Assembly: GCA_050950825.1 (NCBI GenBank)
Contig: JBMNIH010000007.1
Coordinates: forward strand, 32,001-96,000
DNA from: Clostridia bacterium
Lineage (GTDB): Bacteria > Bacillota > Clostridia > JAAYHZ01
Direction of reading: 5' to 3'
DNA length: 64,000 nucleotides
Part shown: piece after piece, positions 9,826 to 20,478 of the stretch
Numbering within the stretch: position 1 is the first letter of the stretch
Layout: every line of letters begins with the position of its first letter
The notes under the pieces: model-generated
What the model was told of the DNA's origin: nothing
The model's database searches: none
The model's input: the letters and a program-made list of their open reading frames with translations, nothing else
Translations under genes and position numbers: made by a program

Positions 9826-10857
9826 ATGAAGCGCACGGTTTTAATCGATATTTTGTACAGGATTAAACGGATATCCGTAGCCGTTATCGGAGACTTTGCT
9901 TTGGATCGCTACTTTATCTTTGACACGGCTTTGAACGAGCTTTCTTTGGAAACCGGACTGACGGCTTACCAAGTTACGGAAACCCAAAAATTCCCCGGTG
10001 CGTCCGGGTCCGTGGCGAAAAATCTTTCGGTTATGGGAGTAGGTACGGTTTACGCCGTAGGATTCGGAGGGCTCGACGGTGCCGGAGCGGATTTAAAGGA
10101 AGAGTTGGATTTGTTGAATATTAACGACAAATATATGGTGCGGTCGAAGAAGTTGGTAACTCCTCAATATATCAAAACCGTGAAATCGGAAAACGGAGTT
10201 CGTACGGAGAGCAATCGTTTTGATATAAAAAACTTCAAGCCCGTTCCTCCCGAATCGGAACAAGAATTGATGGATAAGCTTCCCGAGATATTCCGAAACA
10301 ACGACTGTATCATCGTTTTGGACCAAATGACGGAAGAAAACTGCGGCGTTGTGACCCAAAGGGTGAGGGAGCGGCTGGTTTCTTTGGCAAAAGAAAACGA
10401 AGATAAAATCGTTTTGGCGGATTCCCGATGCCGAATCAAGCTGTTTGATCATATGATCGTAAAGTGCAACCATTTGGAAGCGTGCAGAGCGTTTTATCCG
10501 GACGTGGATTCGCCTTCGAGAGAGACGGTTTTGGAGTGCGGTGAAAAATTATATGAAAAGAACCGAAAGCCCGTATTCATCACCTTAGGATCCGAAGGGA
10601 TGCTGACCTTTTCTGCCGACGGCATTTATTCGATCCCGACGATACAAGTACCCCCTCCCATTGACATTGTAGGGGCGGGAGATTCCGTCACGGCAGCGGT
10701 AGCCTCCGCTTTGACGGTAGGTGCATCGGTGAAGGATGCCGGTCTTTTGGGAAATATGACGGCATCGGTGACCATCCGGCAGATAGGGACCACCGGCGCG
10801 GCAACCCCGGAACAGATTATCGAGGCTTACGACAAGCACTTCAAAGAAATTATTTAA
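9826..10857 (+). CDS. PfkB/ribokinase-family carbohydrate kinase (RfaE/HldE kinase-domain-like)
   Basis: VAVIGDFALDRY, LADSR, ITLGSEG, DIVGAGDS. Confidence 0.85.
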   Translation: MKRTVLIDILYRIKRISVAVIGDFALDRYFIFDTALNELSLETGLTAYQVTETQKFPGASGSVAKNLSVMGVGTVYAVGFGGLDGAGADLKEELDLLNINDKYMVRSKKLVTPQYIKTVKSENGVRTESNRFDIKNFKPVPPESEQELMDKLPEIFRNNDCIIVLDQMTEENCGVVTQRVRERLVSLAKENEDKIVLADSRCRIKLFDHMIVKCNHLEACRAFYPDVDSPSRETVLECGEKLYEKNRKPVFITLGSEGMLTFSADGIYSIPTIQVPPPIDIVGAGDSVTAAVASALTVGASVKDAGLLGNMTASVTIRQIGTTGAATPEQIIEAYDKHFKEII

Positions 10858-10861
10858 AGAT

Positions 10862-10892
10862 AAAAAGGCAGCCTTTACGGCTGCCTGCTTTT
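10862..10892. terminator. bidirectional terminator
   Basis: AAAAAGGCAGCC...GGCTGCCT hairpin between convergent genes. Confidence 0.7.
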
Positions 10893-10920
10893 ATATACAT
10901 TGATCAATTTTTAAGGACGT

Positions 10921-12057
10921 TTACTCCTTGAACAGCTTTAAGTTTTTCAAGCGAATATGGGTATCAAACAAAGGTGTCAACGACAAGTCGTAGTTCATGT
11001 TGTTGATTACCGTCGCAATGGTTTGGGACATGTCCACTTCGTAAAGCCATTCTTTTTCTTTGCAGGATTGAGGTAAATAGGTAAGATTGGTGGTATAAAT
11101 ACGATCAATTACTCCTTTTTCATAGGCCTTGTCAATTTCGTCGTAGCCTTCCGTGAAAAAGGCGAACGTAACGGCGATGTAAATGTGGCGGGCTTTTCTC
11201 TTTTTCAGCTCGTACGCAATGTCCAAAATGGATTCCCCGGAGGCAATCATATCGTCTACTACCAAAACGTCTTTTCCTTCCAAGTTGGATCCCATATAGA
11301 CGTGATCGATGATGGGATTTTTGCCGTTAACGATTTTTGAAAAATCTCTTCTTTTGTAGAAGAGACCGATATCGATGCCCAATGCGTCGGCATAATACAG
11401 CGCTCTGTCCATGGCTCCGGTATCCGGGCTGATCACTAAAAGGTTATCTTTCTTCGCCGAGATGCTCTGTTCGCTGGCGAAAATTGCCCGAATCATGTCG
11501 TAAGTGGGATAGATGTTTTCAAACCCGTTTAACGGGATGGCATTTTCAATGCGAGGGTCGTGAGCGTCTACCGTGAAAATGTTGGATACGCCCATGTGGA
11601 TTAACTGCTGCAGCGATACGGCGCAGTCCAAAGATTCACGACCTTTTCTCTTGTGCTGACGCGAGCTGTAGAGTAAAGGCATGACCACGTTGATTCTTCT
11701 TGCATTTCCGGCAATGGCGGAAATGGTGCGCATGATATCTTGAAAATGCTCATCCGGCCCCATGTGGCAGGTATGCCCGAACATGGTGTATGTACAGCCG
11801 TAATTGCCGATATCCGCAAGAATATAGACATCTTTTCCGCGAACCGGTTCCTTGATGACGATTTTGCCTTCGCCGTTGGAGAAACGGATGTTTTCCGCAT
11901 GAATAACATAGGTATCCGCTTGGCAGCGATAATACGGTTGCGTTTTTCGATGCCTTACCAAATGTTCATCTACCTTTTTTCCGAATTCTTTGGCACTGTC
12001 CAGAACAATCAGCGCCAATTCCCCGTAAGGTATATATGTTATATCATCTAATTTCAT
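10921..12057 (-). CDS. prs: ribose-phosphate pyrophosphokinase (long clostridial type)
   Basis: RFSNGE, VDAHDPRI, ISPDTGA, VVDDMIASG; AGGAG RBS favours ATG at 12057. Confidence 0.92.
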   Translation of the reverse strand: MKLDDITYIPYGELALIVLDSAKEFGKKVDEHLVRHRKTQPYYRCQADTYVIHAENIRFSNGEGKIVIKEPVRGKDVYILADIGNYGCTYTMFGHTCHMGPDEHFQDIMRTISAIAGNARRINVVMPLLYSSRQHKRKGRESLDCAVSLQQLIHMGVSNIFTVDAHDPRIENAIPLNGFENIYPTYDMIRAIFASEQSISAKKDNLLVISPDTGAMDRALYYADALGIDIGLFYKRRDFSKIVNGKNPIIDHVYMGSNLEGKDVLVVDDMIASGESILDIAYELKKRKARHIYIAVTFAFFTEGYDEIDKAYEKGVIDRIYTTNLTYLPQSCKEKEWLYEVDMSQTIATVINNMNYDLSLTPLFDTHIRLKNLKLFKE

Positions 12058-12131
12058 GAACGCCACTCCTAAAATATTTATGTCTTTTGTATTCAGTATA
12101 TCACAAGTTTACGTAAAATTGAATACAATGC

Positions 12132-12752
12132 CTACCGCAGCAATTTTATTATGCCCGAATTCAGGATAAAAAATAGCACTCTTCCTACAATGATATTGCT
12201 CCAGAAAAATATAGCCAAAAAGACGGGCGGATTCGCGTCGTTAGAGTAGCCGAAGATGACTTTTGCCCCTCGCGTCAAAAGTGCCGCAGACCAGACCATA
12301 ACCAGCGTTTCCAAAAGAATGTAGCATAAAAGAACGAGGGTGCTGCTCGTTACGGTGATGTTTCGAAACAGAATGCTTACAAGGGCGCTGACCGGCGCGA
12401 TGATGAAGTGGGAGCAGATATAGGCTTTCATAAAGATGATACGAGCGGATTGCTTTTTCAAAACATTGGCCTTCGGAGAGAAACGATGAAAGATATCGCT
12501 TAAAGGCAGCGCTACGAAGAACACGTCTAAAAATCCGAGTATAAAAACGGATGCGATTAATATGAAAGCATTAATCAAATAATCACCCGGCGTGCCGTTG
12601 GAAAAATGTATAAAGATATTGTAAACAAGGCCAAATAAAATGATGTCGATCAGCCCGATTAGGGAGATGCACCAGAACAAGCGCTTGGTTTTATCGGTCA
12701 ATTTTTCGTAAAACGCTTTGGGATAGAGTATAAAATCCAAAAATTTAGACAT
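12132..12752 (-). CDS. Yip1-like multi-pass membrane protein
   Basis: ILYPKAFYE N-terminus and about 5 TM helices. Confidence 0.55.
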   Translation of the reverse strand: MSKFLDFILYPKAFYEKLTDKTKRLFWCISLIGLIDIILFGLVYNIFIHFSNGTPGDYLINAFILIASVFILGFLDVFFVALPLSDIFHRFSPKANVLKKQSARIIFMKAYICSHFIIAPVSALVSILFRNITVTSSTLVLLCYILLETLVMVWSAALLTRGAKVIFGYSNDANPPVFLAIFFWSNIIVGRVLFFILNSGIIKLLR

Positions 12753-12929
12753 GGATGTCTCCGTATAAAAGTTTACGGTAATCATATCACGGTTGCATAA
12801 CATTGTCAATTAACATAATCATCCAAAAATGGCCTGCGAATGCGCCCGCTTATGAAAACAAAGTTGAATTCCTTGCAAAGATTATATAAAATAGTTGATG
12901 GTAACAACAACCCTCGGAAAGGAGAAGTC

Positions 12930-14354
12930 ATGGCTAAAAGAATGATTTTGGTCTTTCTTTCGATTGTTTTTTTGGTAGCATGTTCCGCCGAGAAAGAAAA
13001 ACCTGTGGATTTAAAACAAGATCGACTTCTTTTTCTGGATTACGGATACTCGGATACTCGGGCTTTTTACTTAAAGCAAAAAACGGAGCCCTACGAAAGC
13101 ACCCTATGGAACATTACCAAAGAGCTAATGGAAGCATCTCCGGAAGAGGGTACTGCGGTTTTCGCCCGAACCTTCTATACCAAAGCTTCGCAAAATCATT
13201 TGATGAAACTCGTTTCCTACCAAACGACTCCCGGTAAAATCGATTCTCACGCCATGTCCTATAGCATTGATAACGGCAACTCCTATTATTCCTTTGCCGT
13301 CATGAACACAAAAAGCTCCGCAATGGGCGGAACATACCGAAGGTATTGGCAAACCCAAATTGTGGACCCCGAAAAGGATAAAATGATCGTTATTTTTCTT
13401 GAAGGCTTGCTCCCTAACGACAACCCTTCCGAAGGGATGAGCAATTGGACATTATGGTACGGAATCACAACCGACGGCGGGAAAACCTTTGAAACATTGG
13501 AGCAGATAATAAAAACCGGGGACATATACGGCCCCGAATATCCCGTAGACGGAGTATATACGGGAAAAAACAGTATGGCCGTCGGAGAAATCACCTGCCT
13601 TCCGATAAAGCTTCAACGCCAGAGGGGAAGCGGCAACGGCAGAATTTTGGTTCCGGTGCAAATATCGGTATTAAATGAACACGGAGAATTGTACAACCCC
13701 GGAGGAAGCTTCGGTTACCTTTACTGCGCCGTTCTTATCGGAACTTGGAACCAAGAAGGGAAGTTGGATTGGGATATTTCCCAACCTATCGTAGCGGACC
13801 CGAATAAAACCCCCATCGGCGTCATGGAGCCTACCATTGCGGAAATGCCCTCCGGAGAAATTTTAATGGTTATGCGAGGGGGAAACGGCGGGTCCAAGGA
13901 CGAAAAATACGCTTTGGACTGTTTTAAATGGTATTCCTATTCGGAAGACGGCGGCTATACTTGGACTCCTCCGAAGCCATGGATGTGCGACGATAATACC
14001 GTGTTTTATTCTCCTTCTTCTTGCTCTCAGCTTCTTGAGCACTCCAACGGGAAATATTATTGGATCGGTATCGTTTCCAATACAAACCCGCAAAACGATT
14101 ACCCCGGATGGCCTTTGGTTATCGGGGAGGTGAACCCCAAGGATTTCAGGCTGATCAGGGATTCCGTTACGGTGATCGACATCAAAAGACCGGAGCAGAG
14201 TAGCAGCGTCACCTACACAAACTTTTTTGCAAGGGAGGATCGGGTCAGTCATGACATTCTTGTATACTGCACACCCATGTTCGAACAGGGGCGATCGGAC
14301 AATCCTGCCGATCTTACCGCCCATACTTATGTGTACACCGTCAATATAAAATAG
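12930..14354 (+). CDS. lipoprotein with Asp-box (BNR) repeats, sialidase-like beta-propeller
   Basis: lipobox LVAC; Asp-boxes SIDNGNSY, TTDGGKTF, SEDGGYTW; EPTIAE...MVMR. Confidence 0.8.
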   Translation: MAKRMILVFLSIVFLVACSAEKEKPVDLKQDRLLFLDYGYSDTRAFYLKQKTEPYESTLWNITKELMEASPEEGTAVFARTFYTKASQNHLMKLVSYQTTPGKIDSHAMSYSIDNGNSYYSFAVMNTKSSAMGGTYRRYWQTQIVDPEKDKMIVIFLEGLLPNDNPSEGMSNWTLWYGITTDGGKTFETLEQIIKTGDIYGPEYPVDGVYTGKNSMAVGEITCLPIKLQRQRGSGNGRILVPVQISVLNEHGELYNPGGSFGYLYCAVLIGTWNQEGKLDWDISQPIVADPNKTPIGVMEPTIAEMPSGEILMVMRGGNGGSKDEKYALDCFKWYSYSEDGGYTWTPPKPWMCDDNTVFYSPSSCSQLLEHSNGKYYWIGIVSNTNPQNDYPGWPLVIGEVNPKDFRLIRDSVTVIDIKRPEQSSSVTYTNFFAREDRVSHDILVYCTPMFEQGRSDNPADLTAHTYVYTVNIK

Positions 14355-14537
14355 CGTTTGATTTGAATGGATGTGAACGTATTTCGGGAATAAGCGTTCT
14401 GTTTGTAAAAAGTGCTTATTCTTTCTTTTTGTACATGTTCAATTCCCCTTTTCTTTTCTTTGCCTAAGTCATCCGGTATAATGCACATACAACCAGAATC
14501 TGTAAAATTTGATAATAAATATACCGGAGGTAGGAGA

Positions 14538-16889
14538 ATGCAACCGTCTTTGACAAGGATTCATAAAAAGTTAAAGAAAAATGAAAAAACCTTTCGAGCG
14601 ATTACCGAGGAAATATCCGCAAGCAAGAGCGTTGTAATGCTGCTTTTAGGGTTCTTAACGGCAGGTGTATCCTTTACCGGCAGCTCCGCACCCTTTGCCG
14701 TCGCATTGTTCGGCGTTGCACTGAAATACGGGATCATACCGTTTGTCGTCTTATGCATAACGATCTTGGGATTGACGCTTGCCGGAGCGCAACAAGCTTT
14801 GTCCGTCTATATCCTGACCGGCTTGTTGTATGCAGGCATTCATGTGCTGATAAAAAACAAGAAAAACGGTTTGAAAGCCGTTGCCATCGCCTTGGCATAT
14901 TTTTCTTCTTCCGTAACGGTTGCGGCACTTTTAGACCGGACTTTTTATGATTTTTTGTACGGCTTTTTGTATGCGGCGTTAACCGGCCTTTTATACGTCA
15001 TCTACGACCGAGCCGTATCCGGCATAGACGATTTAAGCAAAGGCTTAAAGCTGAACGGGGAACAATACGCCGCCTTGTATATAGCCGTGTTTTTGGCTCT
15101 TTCCGCCATGACAAATTACCGTATTGCCAATGTGAATATCGGTGTCATAATCTATTTGTTTGTTGTCATGATTTGCTCCTACTACGGGAATATCGGTATT
15201 TCCGGCATATTTGTTTTAAGCGCTTTGTTTGTAGGCCACCTTTCCGGATTCAGCGACATGTTCGTATATTTCCTTTTATGCGTTACGGTATTAATCTCCG
15301 CTTTAACAAAAGAATCTTCCAAGGTTCTTTATTGCGCGGCGGCCGTTTTCGGTTGGCTGGTTACGGCTCTCGTCTTTTACGATCCGATGATAGGTGAGCT
15401 TTATGTGGTGGAAACCCTCTTGGGAATTATCCTTTTCGCGAGTTTTCCCGCTCAAGCCGGAAACTACATATTCGATATGATCAGTCCTAAGCAAAGGCAG
15501 GGGACGACCGTTGTCTACAATGCCAAGGGGGCTCTTTTGACACGAAAGATTACAAGTATATCCGGTATGCTTCAAAAAGTGTCCTCCATGCTCCCGGATG
15601 AAGAGTTTAAAAATACGGAAATCAAGAACGATGCCTACCGCTTGATTGATATTGCCGCCGGCAAAATATGCGAAGAATGCACAAAATGCGCTTATTGTTG
15701 GGAAGAAAATTTCTATTCCACTTACCAAGCTATTTTTGCCGCCGTAGCGACCATCAACACCGGAGGAACCTTTCATGAAAACGACCTTCCGGGCAAATTC
15801 AAAAGAACCTGCTTAAAGCTCGATGATTTCGTTACCAGCATAAACAACTGCTGTGAAGTATTTAAAATGGACAAGATCTACCGCCGTCATATCGACAATA
15901 TTAAAAACATCGCAAGAGATCAAATAACGCACATCGCCGCCTATATCCACGATTACTACGATTATGTGGACAGAACGAAATCCGCATGCAAGGAAATCGA
16001 AAACGAAATTTACCGCATGCTGTCCTCCATCGGCTGTATTCCTTCCGATATCTACATCTCCGTCCTTTGCGAGGACAAATACATGGTGGAATTGTTGTAT
16101 GACAAATCGTCGGAATGGCGGGAAAACCTGGATTTGATTTTAAGCGTTGTGAGCCGTGTTTTGGGAGAAAAGATCGAATACGAAACCGGGTATTTCGGTG
16201 ACCGCTACGATATTAAAATCACCTGCAAGCCTGTAAAGCAATACGGCGTCAGCACCTGGATTGCCAAAAAGGCGGCGTCGGAGAATTCCGTCTCCGGAGA
16301 CAGCTATACCTTCTTTGAAAATTCGAAGGGCTTGTACGTGGCGGCGGTAGGCGACGGTATGGGAACCGGGAAGAAAGCTCATAAAAGAAGCAATATGGTG
16401 ATGAATCTTTTGGAATGCTTTTACGAGGATTACCACAACCACGATTCGGTTATCAAAATCATCAACTCCTTTTTGGCTATGAAAACGGAGCAAGAGTCTT
16501 TTTCCACCGTAGATATGTGCACAATGAACCTGTTTTCAGGAGAAGCGGAATTTGTGAAAGCCGGAGGATGCAGTACCTTTGTCTATGACGGAAAAGAGGT
16601 AAAAATGTACGGCTCCAACACGACTCCTGTAGGGATTTTAGACCGGCCGAATACCTATTCGGTAAAAGAAACGGCAAACAATTCTTTGGTGATCGTCCTT
16701 TTAACCGACGGCGTTCTCGACGTTTTAGGAGAAAACGATATCCGATACATCATTGCTTCAGGCAACGATTCCAACATTCAGAACCTTGCCGATACCATTT
16801 TAAAAAGCGCGTTGGAAAAATGCAACCAAAAGCCTAGGGACGATATGCTGGTTTTGGTGAATAAGATGTGGAAATTGCATAAGGTTTAA
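14538..16889 (+). CDS. spoIIE: stage II sporulation protein E (membrane PP2C phosphatase)
   Basis: about 10 TM N-terminus, CEECTKCAYCW central motif, PP2C motifs SGDS, GDGMGTG, LTDG, PRDDM. Confidence 0.88.
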   Translation: MQPSLTRIHKKLKKNEKTFRAITEEISASKSVVMLLLGFLTAGVSFTGSSAPFAVALFGVALKYGIIPFVVLCITILGLTLAGAQQALSVYILTGLLYAGIHVLIKNKKNGLKAVAIALAYFSSSVTVAALLDRTFYDFLYGFLYAALTGLLYVIYDRAVSGIDDLSKGLKLNGEQYAALYIAVFLALSAMTNYRIANVNIGVIIYLFVVMICSYYGNIGISGIFVLSALFVGHLSGFSDMFVYFLLCVTVLISALTKESSKVLYCAAAVFGWLVTALVFYDPMIGELYVVETLLGIILFASFPAQAGNYIFDMISPKQRQGTTVVYNAKGALLTRKITSISGMLQKVSSMLPDEEFKNTEIKNDAYRLIDIAAGKICEECTKCAYCWEENFYSTYQAIFAAVATINTGGTFHENDLPGKFKRTCLKLDDFVTSINNCCEVFKMDKIYRRHIDNIKNIARDQITHIAAYIHDYYDYVDRTKSACKEIENEIYRMLSSIGCIPSDIYISVLCEDKYMVELLYDKSSEWRENLDLILSVVSRVLGEKIEYETGYFGDRYDIKITCKPVKQYGVSTWIAKKAASENSVSGDSYTFFENSKGLYVAAVGDGMGTGKKAHKRSNMVMNLLECFYEDYHNHDSVIKIINSFLAMKTEQESFSTVDMCTMNLFSGEAEFVKAGGCSTFVYDGKEVKMYGSNTTPVGILDRPNTYSVKETANNSLVIVLLTDGVLDVLGENDIRYIIASGNDSNIQNLADTILKSALEKCNQKPRDDMLVLVNKMWKLHKV

Positions 16890-16894
16890 AAACA

Positions 16895-16922
16895 AAACAG
16901 CCTCGTTTCCGCGAGGCTGTTT
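16895..16922. terminator. bidirectional terminator
   Basis: AAACAGCCTCG...CGAGGCTGTTT. Confidence 0.75.
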
Positions 16923-16930
16923 AATCGGGT

Positions 16931-18421
16931 TTATAGCAATCCTCGTAAGGTTTTGCTCATATCCTCTTTCGAACACTTGATGCTGTGGAGGACGGGCTTT
17001 TCCATCACCTTGGCGATGGGCTCCGGAATTTTTACCGCCGTTTCTTTTTCCAAAAGCTTCAGCAATTCAAACTCCGAATACTTGTCCAAATCCGAATTCT
17101 TGATAATGGCTTGAGCAACGGCTTTCCCGAATTTGTACGGGCTTGCGGTAGACACCACCACGGTATGGGTTTCGTCCTCAAACGCCTCTCTATAGCGGTC
17201 CAAAACGCCCAACGCAACGGCGGTGTGGGTGTCGCTCAAGTAGCCGAAATTTTTAAAATACCGTGCGATGACTTGTGAGGTTTCGGCATCATCGATATAG
17301 TCGCCGTAAAAAATGTCCGTTATTTTTTCGTGCAATTCCTCGGGAATTGCATATCGTCCTTCCGTTTTTAACCGATTCATGAACTTGGCTACGGTTTTGG
17401 CCTTCTTGTCGGCCACATCGTATATCAAGCGTTCCAAATTGCTGGATATGAGGATGTCCATGGAGGGCGAAAGAGTTTTGTAAAAATCTCGATTCCGGTT
17501 ATATATGCCTTTTTGGAAAAAGTCCGTAAGTACGTTGTTTTGATTGGAGGCGCATAGGAATTTATTCACCGGTAATCCCATTTTTGCGGCATAATATCCG
17601 GCTAAAATGTTGCCGAAATTACCCGTAGGCACAACGAAATTAATGCGTTCTCCGCAGGATATGCTGCCTTTCTTCAGCAAAGCGGCATAGGAACTGAAAT
17701 AGTATACGATTTGCGGCACGAGTCGTCCCCAATTAATGGAATTGGCCGATGAAAACATATATCCTTTCCGGTCTAATTCTTCGATGAGTACGGTGTCGGT
17801 AAAAATGTTTTTCACACCGGTTTGGGCGTCGTCAAAATTGCCGGAGATGGCGATGGAATGTACATTGGCCCCTTCCTGTGTCACCATTTGCAGCTTCTGC
17901 ATGTCGCTGACGCCGTGTTCCGGGAAAAAGACCACGATTTTTGTGCCGTCTACGTCCTTGAATCCTTCCAAAGCGGCTTTGCCGGTATCTCCGGATGTGG
18001 CCACCAGGATCAAAATGGTTTTTTCTTCGCCGGTGTCCCTTACGGCGGCGGACATCAATTCCGGTAAAAGCTGAAGGGCCATATCCTTAAATGCACAGGT
18101 AGGGCCGTGCCACAGCTCCAATACGGACGTGTTTTTATCGAGGGATACCAAGGGAGCGGGTTCGTTGTTTTCAAAACCGGTTCCGTATGCGTTTGCAATG
18201 CATTGTTTCAAAACGTCTTCCCGATAATCGTCCAATATGCGGCATAATACTCTGTTTGCAATGTCGATATAGGTTCCTTCGGACATCGCTTTTAAGTCAT
18301 TTATAGAAAAGTAGGTGAAATGATCCGGTACATACAATCCTCCGTCATCCGCCAAACCTTTCAATACGGCTTCTTGAGACGAATGGACGCAAGAATTTCC
18401 GCGGGTACTTTTGTAATGCAT
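16931..18421 (-). CDS. thrC: threonine synthase
   Basis: YKSTR, HGPTCAFKD (PLP Lys), ATSGDTG, NSINWGR, PTGNFGN. Confidence 0.95.
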   Translation of the reverse strand: MHYKSTRGNSCVHSSQEAVLKGLADDGGLYVPDHFTYFSINDLKAMSEGTYIDIANRVLCRILDDYREDVLKQCIANAYGTGFENNEPAPLVSLDKNTSVLELWHGPTCAFKDMALQLLPELMSAAVRDTGEEKTILILVATSGDTGKAALEGFKDVDGTKIVVFFPEHGVSDMQKLQMVTQEGANVHSIAISGNFDDAQTGVKNIFTDTVLIEELDRKGYMFSSANSINWGRLVPQIVYYFSSYAALLKKGSISCGERINFVVPTGNFGNILAGYYAAKMGLPVNKFLCASNQNNVLTDFFQKGIYNRNRDFYKTLSPSMDILISSNLERLIYDVADKKAKTVAKFMNRLKTEGRYAIPEELHEKITDIFYGDYIDDAETSQVIARYFKNFGYLSDTHTAVALGVLDRYREAFEDETHTVVVSTASPYKFGKAVAQAIIKNSDLDKYSEFELLKLLEKETAVKIPEPIAKVMEKPVLHSIKCSKEDMSKTLRGLL

Positions 18422-18484
18422 AGAAAAACTCCGTTTTTTTATGAAATATTATAACACAGGAAAAAAGAAGATGAACATAAAAAT

Positions 18485-18601
18485 TGATAAAAAGGAATCT
18501 TTACCATAAGTAACTGCATCGGGGAGGGGGTTCGTGGTAACCGGCAACCGGAGTTATTCCCTCTCGGTCAATAGCGGTAGAAAATCCTTGTCGTGTTATC
18601 A
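18485..18601 (+). ncRNA. candidate structured RNA / long imperfect hairpin of unknown class
   Basis: nested pairings TGATAA/TTATCA, AAGGA/TCCTT, TTTACC/GGTAGA, ATCGGGGAGGG/CCCTCTCGGT, GGTAAC/GTTATT, CCGG-CAA-CCGG. Confidence 0.35.
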
Positions 18602-18611
18602 GAAAGGGTTG

Positions 18612-18643
18612 AAAAAAGGACGCAAGCTTTTTACTTGCGTCCC
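18612..18643 (-). terminator. fucI terminator
   Basis: GGACGCAAG...CTTGCGTCC with T run on the minus strand. Confidence 0.75.
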
Positions 18644-18655
18644 GTAATCCGCTTT

Positions 18656-20449
18656 CTATTTATATATCGGACCTAATGCTTTGCAGGCTCTAAAGTCGGC
18701 ACCTTCCGGGTCTTGTGTTCCGAATGCGCTCCACATGGCGGGTCGGAAGATTCGGTTTTCAGGAACATTGTGCATGTTCACCGGTATTCGCAAGATGGAC
18801 GCCAAAGTAATCAGTTCGCTTCCGATATGTCCGTAGGAGAAGGCGCCGTGGTTTGCGCCCCAGTTGGCCATTACGGAGTATACGTCCTTGAACGGGCCGG
18901 ATCCGGTTAATCGCGGTACAAACCAAGTGGTAGGCCATGTGGGGTCGGTACGTTCGTTCAAAACGGAGTGGACATCCTCCGGCAATTCTACCGAGTAACC
19001 TTCCGCAATTTGAAGGACCGGTCCTAAACCGCTGACAAGATTCAGCCTGCACAGGGTAAGAGGCATGCCGCCTTTGGATTTGAAGTTGGACGAATAACCG
19101 CCGCCTCTGAAATAGCCTAAGCTTGCCGGTCTCCAGAGGGTGGCTTCCAAGCATTTTTCCACTTCCTCCTCGGTGATTTCCCAGAAAGGCTTCATGACGG
19201 GTTTTCCGTCCTTCGCTTGCTCTCCGGCTGCATCCAATGCGCAGGAGCCGGAATTGATCAGGTGAATCAAGCCGTTTTCTGCCGTACCCTCTAAAGTATA
19301 GCCCGTTACGCGTTTGACCGCTTCGGGGCTCCAATAGGTACGTACATCGGCAAAGCCTTGGGCGGTATTGGTCAGAAGGTACCCGAACAGCATGCTGACA
19401 CCGTTTAGGCAGTCGTTTTCCGTTGCCACCACGAAGGGCTGACGTATTCCGTTCCAGTCGAAGGAAGAGTTCAAAATGGCTTCCATAAAGTCGCCGTTGG
19501 TCATGAAGTCGTTCCAATGCCGTTGGCCTTGGAATCCGGAAACCAATGCGTTTCGTCCCATGGCCTCTTCATAGAATCCCAGCTCGTGAAGACGTGGATT
19601 TCCGATCATTAAATCCCTTGTTATCATGGTCATCTTCACACATTCTTCCCAGTTGAGGTCTTTTTCCGCTCTTGATTTTTGAATTTCGGGAGGATTGTTG
19701 TCCTTGCCTTCACGGCAGTATTTCTTCGTCCAAGCAAGGGCTTTTTCAAATTCTACGGGATCGTAAATGCCTTCTTTTAATCGGCGCTGCACTTCGCTCA
19801 TGTCCACGTATTCGTTCCGCATACCCAAATATTGCCTAAAGAAATCCGGGTTGACGATGGATCCCGCAATCCCCATGGAAACGGAACCGATGGACAAATA
19901 GGATTTTCCTTTCATATATGATGCGGCCAAACCCGCTTTGACGAATTGCAATATCTTTTCCTTCACGTCATCCGGTATGGTCGTATCGTTCGCATCTTGT
20001 ACATTGCGGCCGTAGATACCGAATGCCGGCAAACCCATTTGGGCATGGGCGGCTAAAACGGCGGCCAAATAAACGGCTCCGGGGCGTTCCGTACCGTTGA
20101 ATCCCCATACCGCTTTGGGAATAAAGGGATCCATATCCATGGTTTCGGAACCGTAGCACCAGCAAGGTGTTACGGTAAGAGACACGCCCACACCTTCTCT
20201 TTGAAACTTATCCGCACAAGCGGCCGCTTCCGCTACTCCTCCGATCGTCGTATCGGCGATGACGCAGACGACGTCGGATCCGTCAGGATACTTCAGGCTC
20301 TTGGAGATTAACTCGGCGGCAGACTTCGCCATGTTCATGGTCTGCTCTTCAAGAGACTCCCTGACGCCTCTTCTTCTTCCGTCGATTACCGGCCGTATTC
20401 CTACTTTCGGAAAGGCCCCTAATAACCGGTTTCCCTTTTTCGCATTCAT
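18656..20449 (-). CDS. fucI: L-fucose isomerase
   Basis: [48 protein letters not shown]; GGAGG RBS. Confidence 0.95.
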   Translation of the reverse strand: MNAKKGNRLLGAFPKVGIRPVIDGRRRGVRESLEEQTMNMAKSAAELISKSLKYPDGSDVVCVIADTTIGGVAEAAACADKFQREGVGVSLTVTPCWCYGSETMDMDPFIPKAVWGFNGTERPGAVYLAAVLAAHAQMGLPAFGIYGRNVQDANDTTIPDDVKEKILQFVKAGLAASYMKGKSYLSIGSVSMGIAGSIVNPDFFRQYLGMRNEYVDMSEVQRRLKEGIYDPVEFEKALAWTKKYCREGKDNNPPEIQKSRAEKDLNWEECVKMTMITRDLMIGNPRLHELGFYEEAMGRNALVSGFQGQRHWNDFMTNGDFMEAILNSSFDWNGIRQPFVVATENDCLNGVSMLFGYLLTNTAQGFADVRTYWSPEAVKRVTGYTLEGTAENGLIHLINSGSCALDAAGEQAKDGKPVMKPFWEITEEEVEKCLEATLWRPASLGYFRGGGYSSNFKSKGGMPLTLCRLNLVSGLGPVLQIAEGYSVELPEDVHSVLNERTDPTWPTTWFVPRLTGSGPFKDVYSVMANWGANHGAFSYGHIGSELITLASILRIPVNMHNVPENRIFRPAMWSAFGTQDPEGADFRACKALGPIYK

Positions 20450-20478
20450 GATGGACGACCTCCATTTAATATATTCTC

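Noticed and set aside
18518-18560. CCGGCAACC...GGAGTTATTCC resembling a SAM-I riboswitch core; ACCACG resembling a T-box for thrC
   Set aside because: No AUC/GAU P1 or proper P2, and no gene downstream on that strand; the T-box UGGN bulge is absent and thrC has its own proximal promoter
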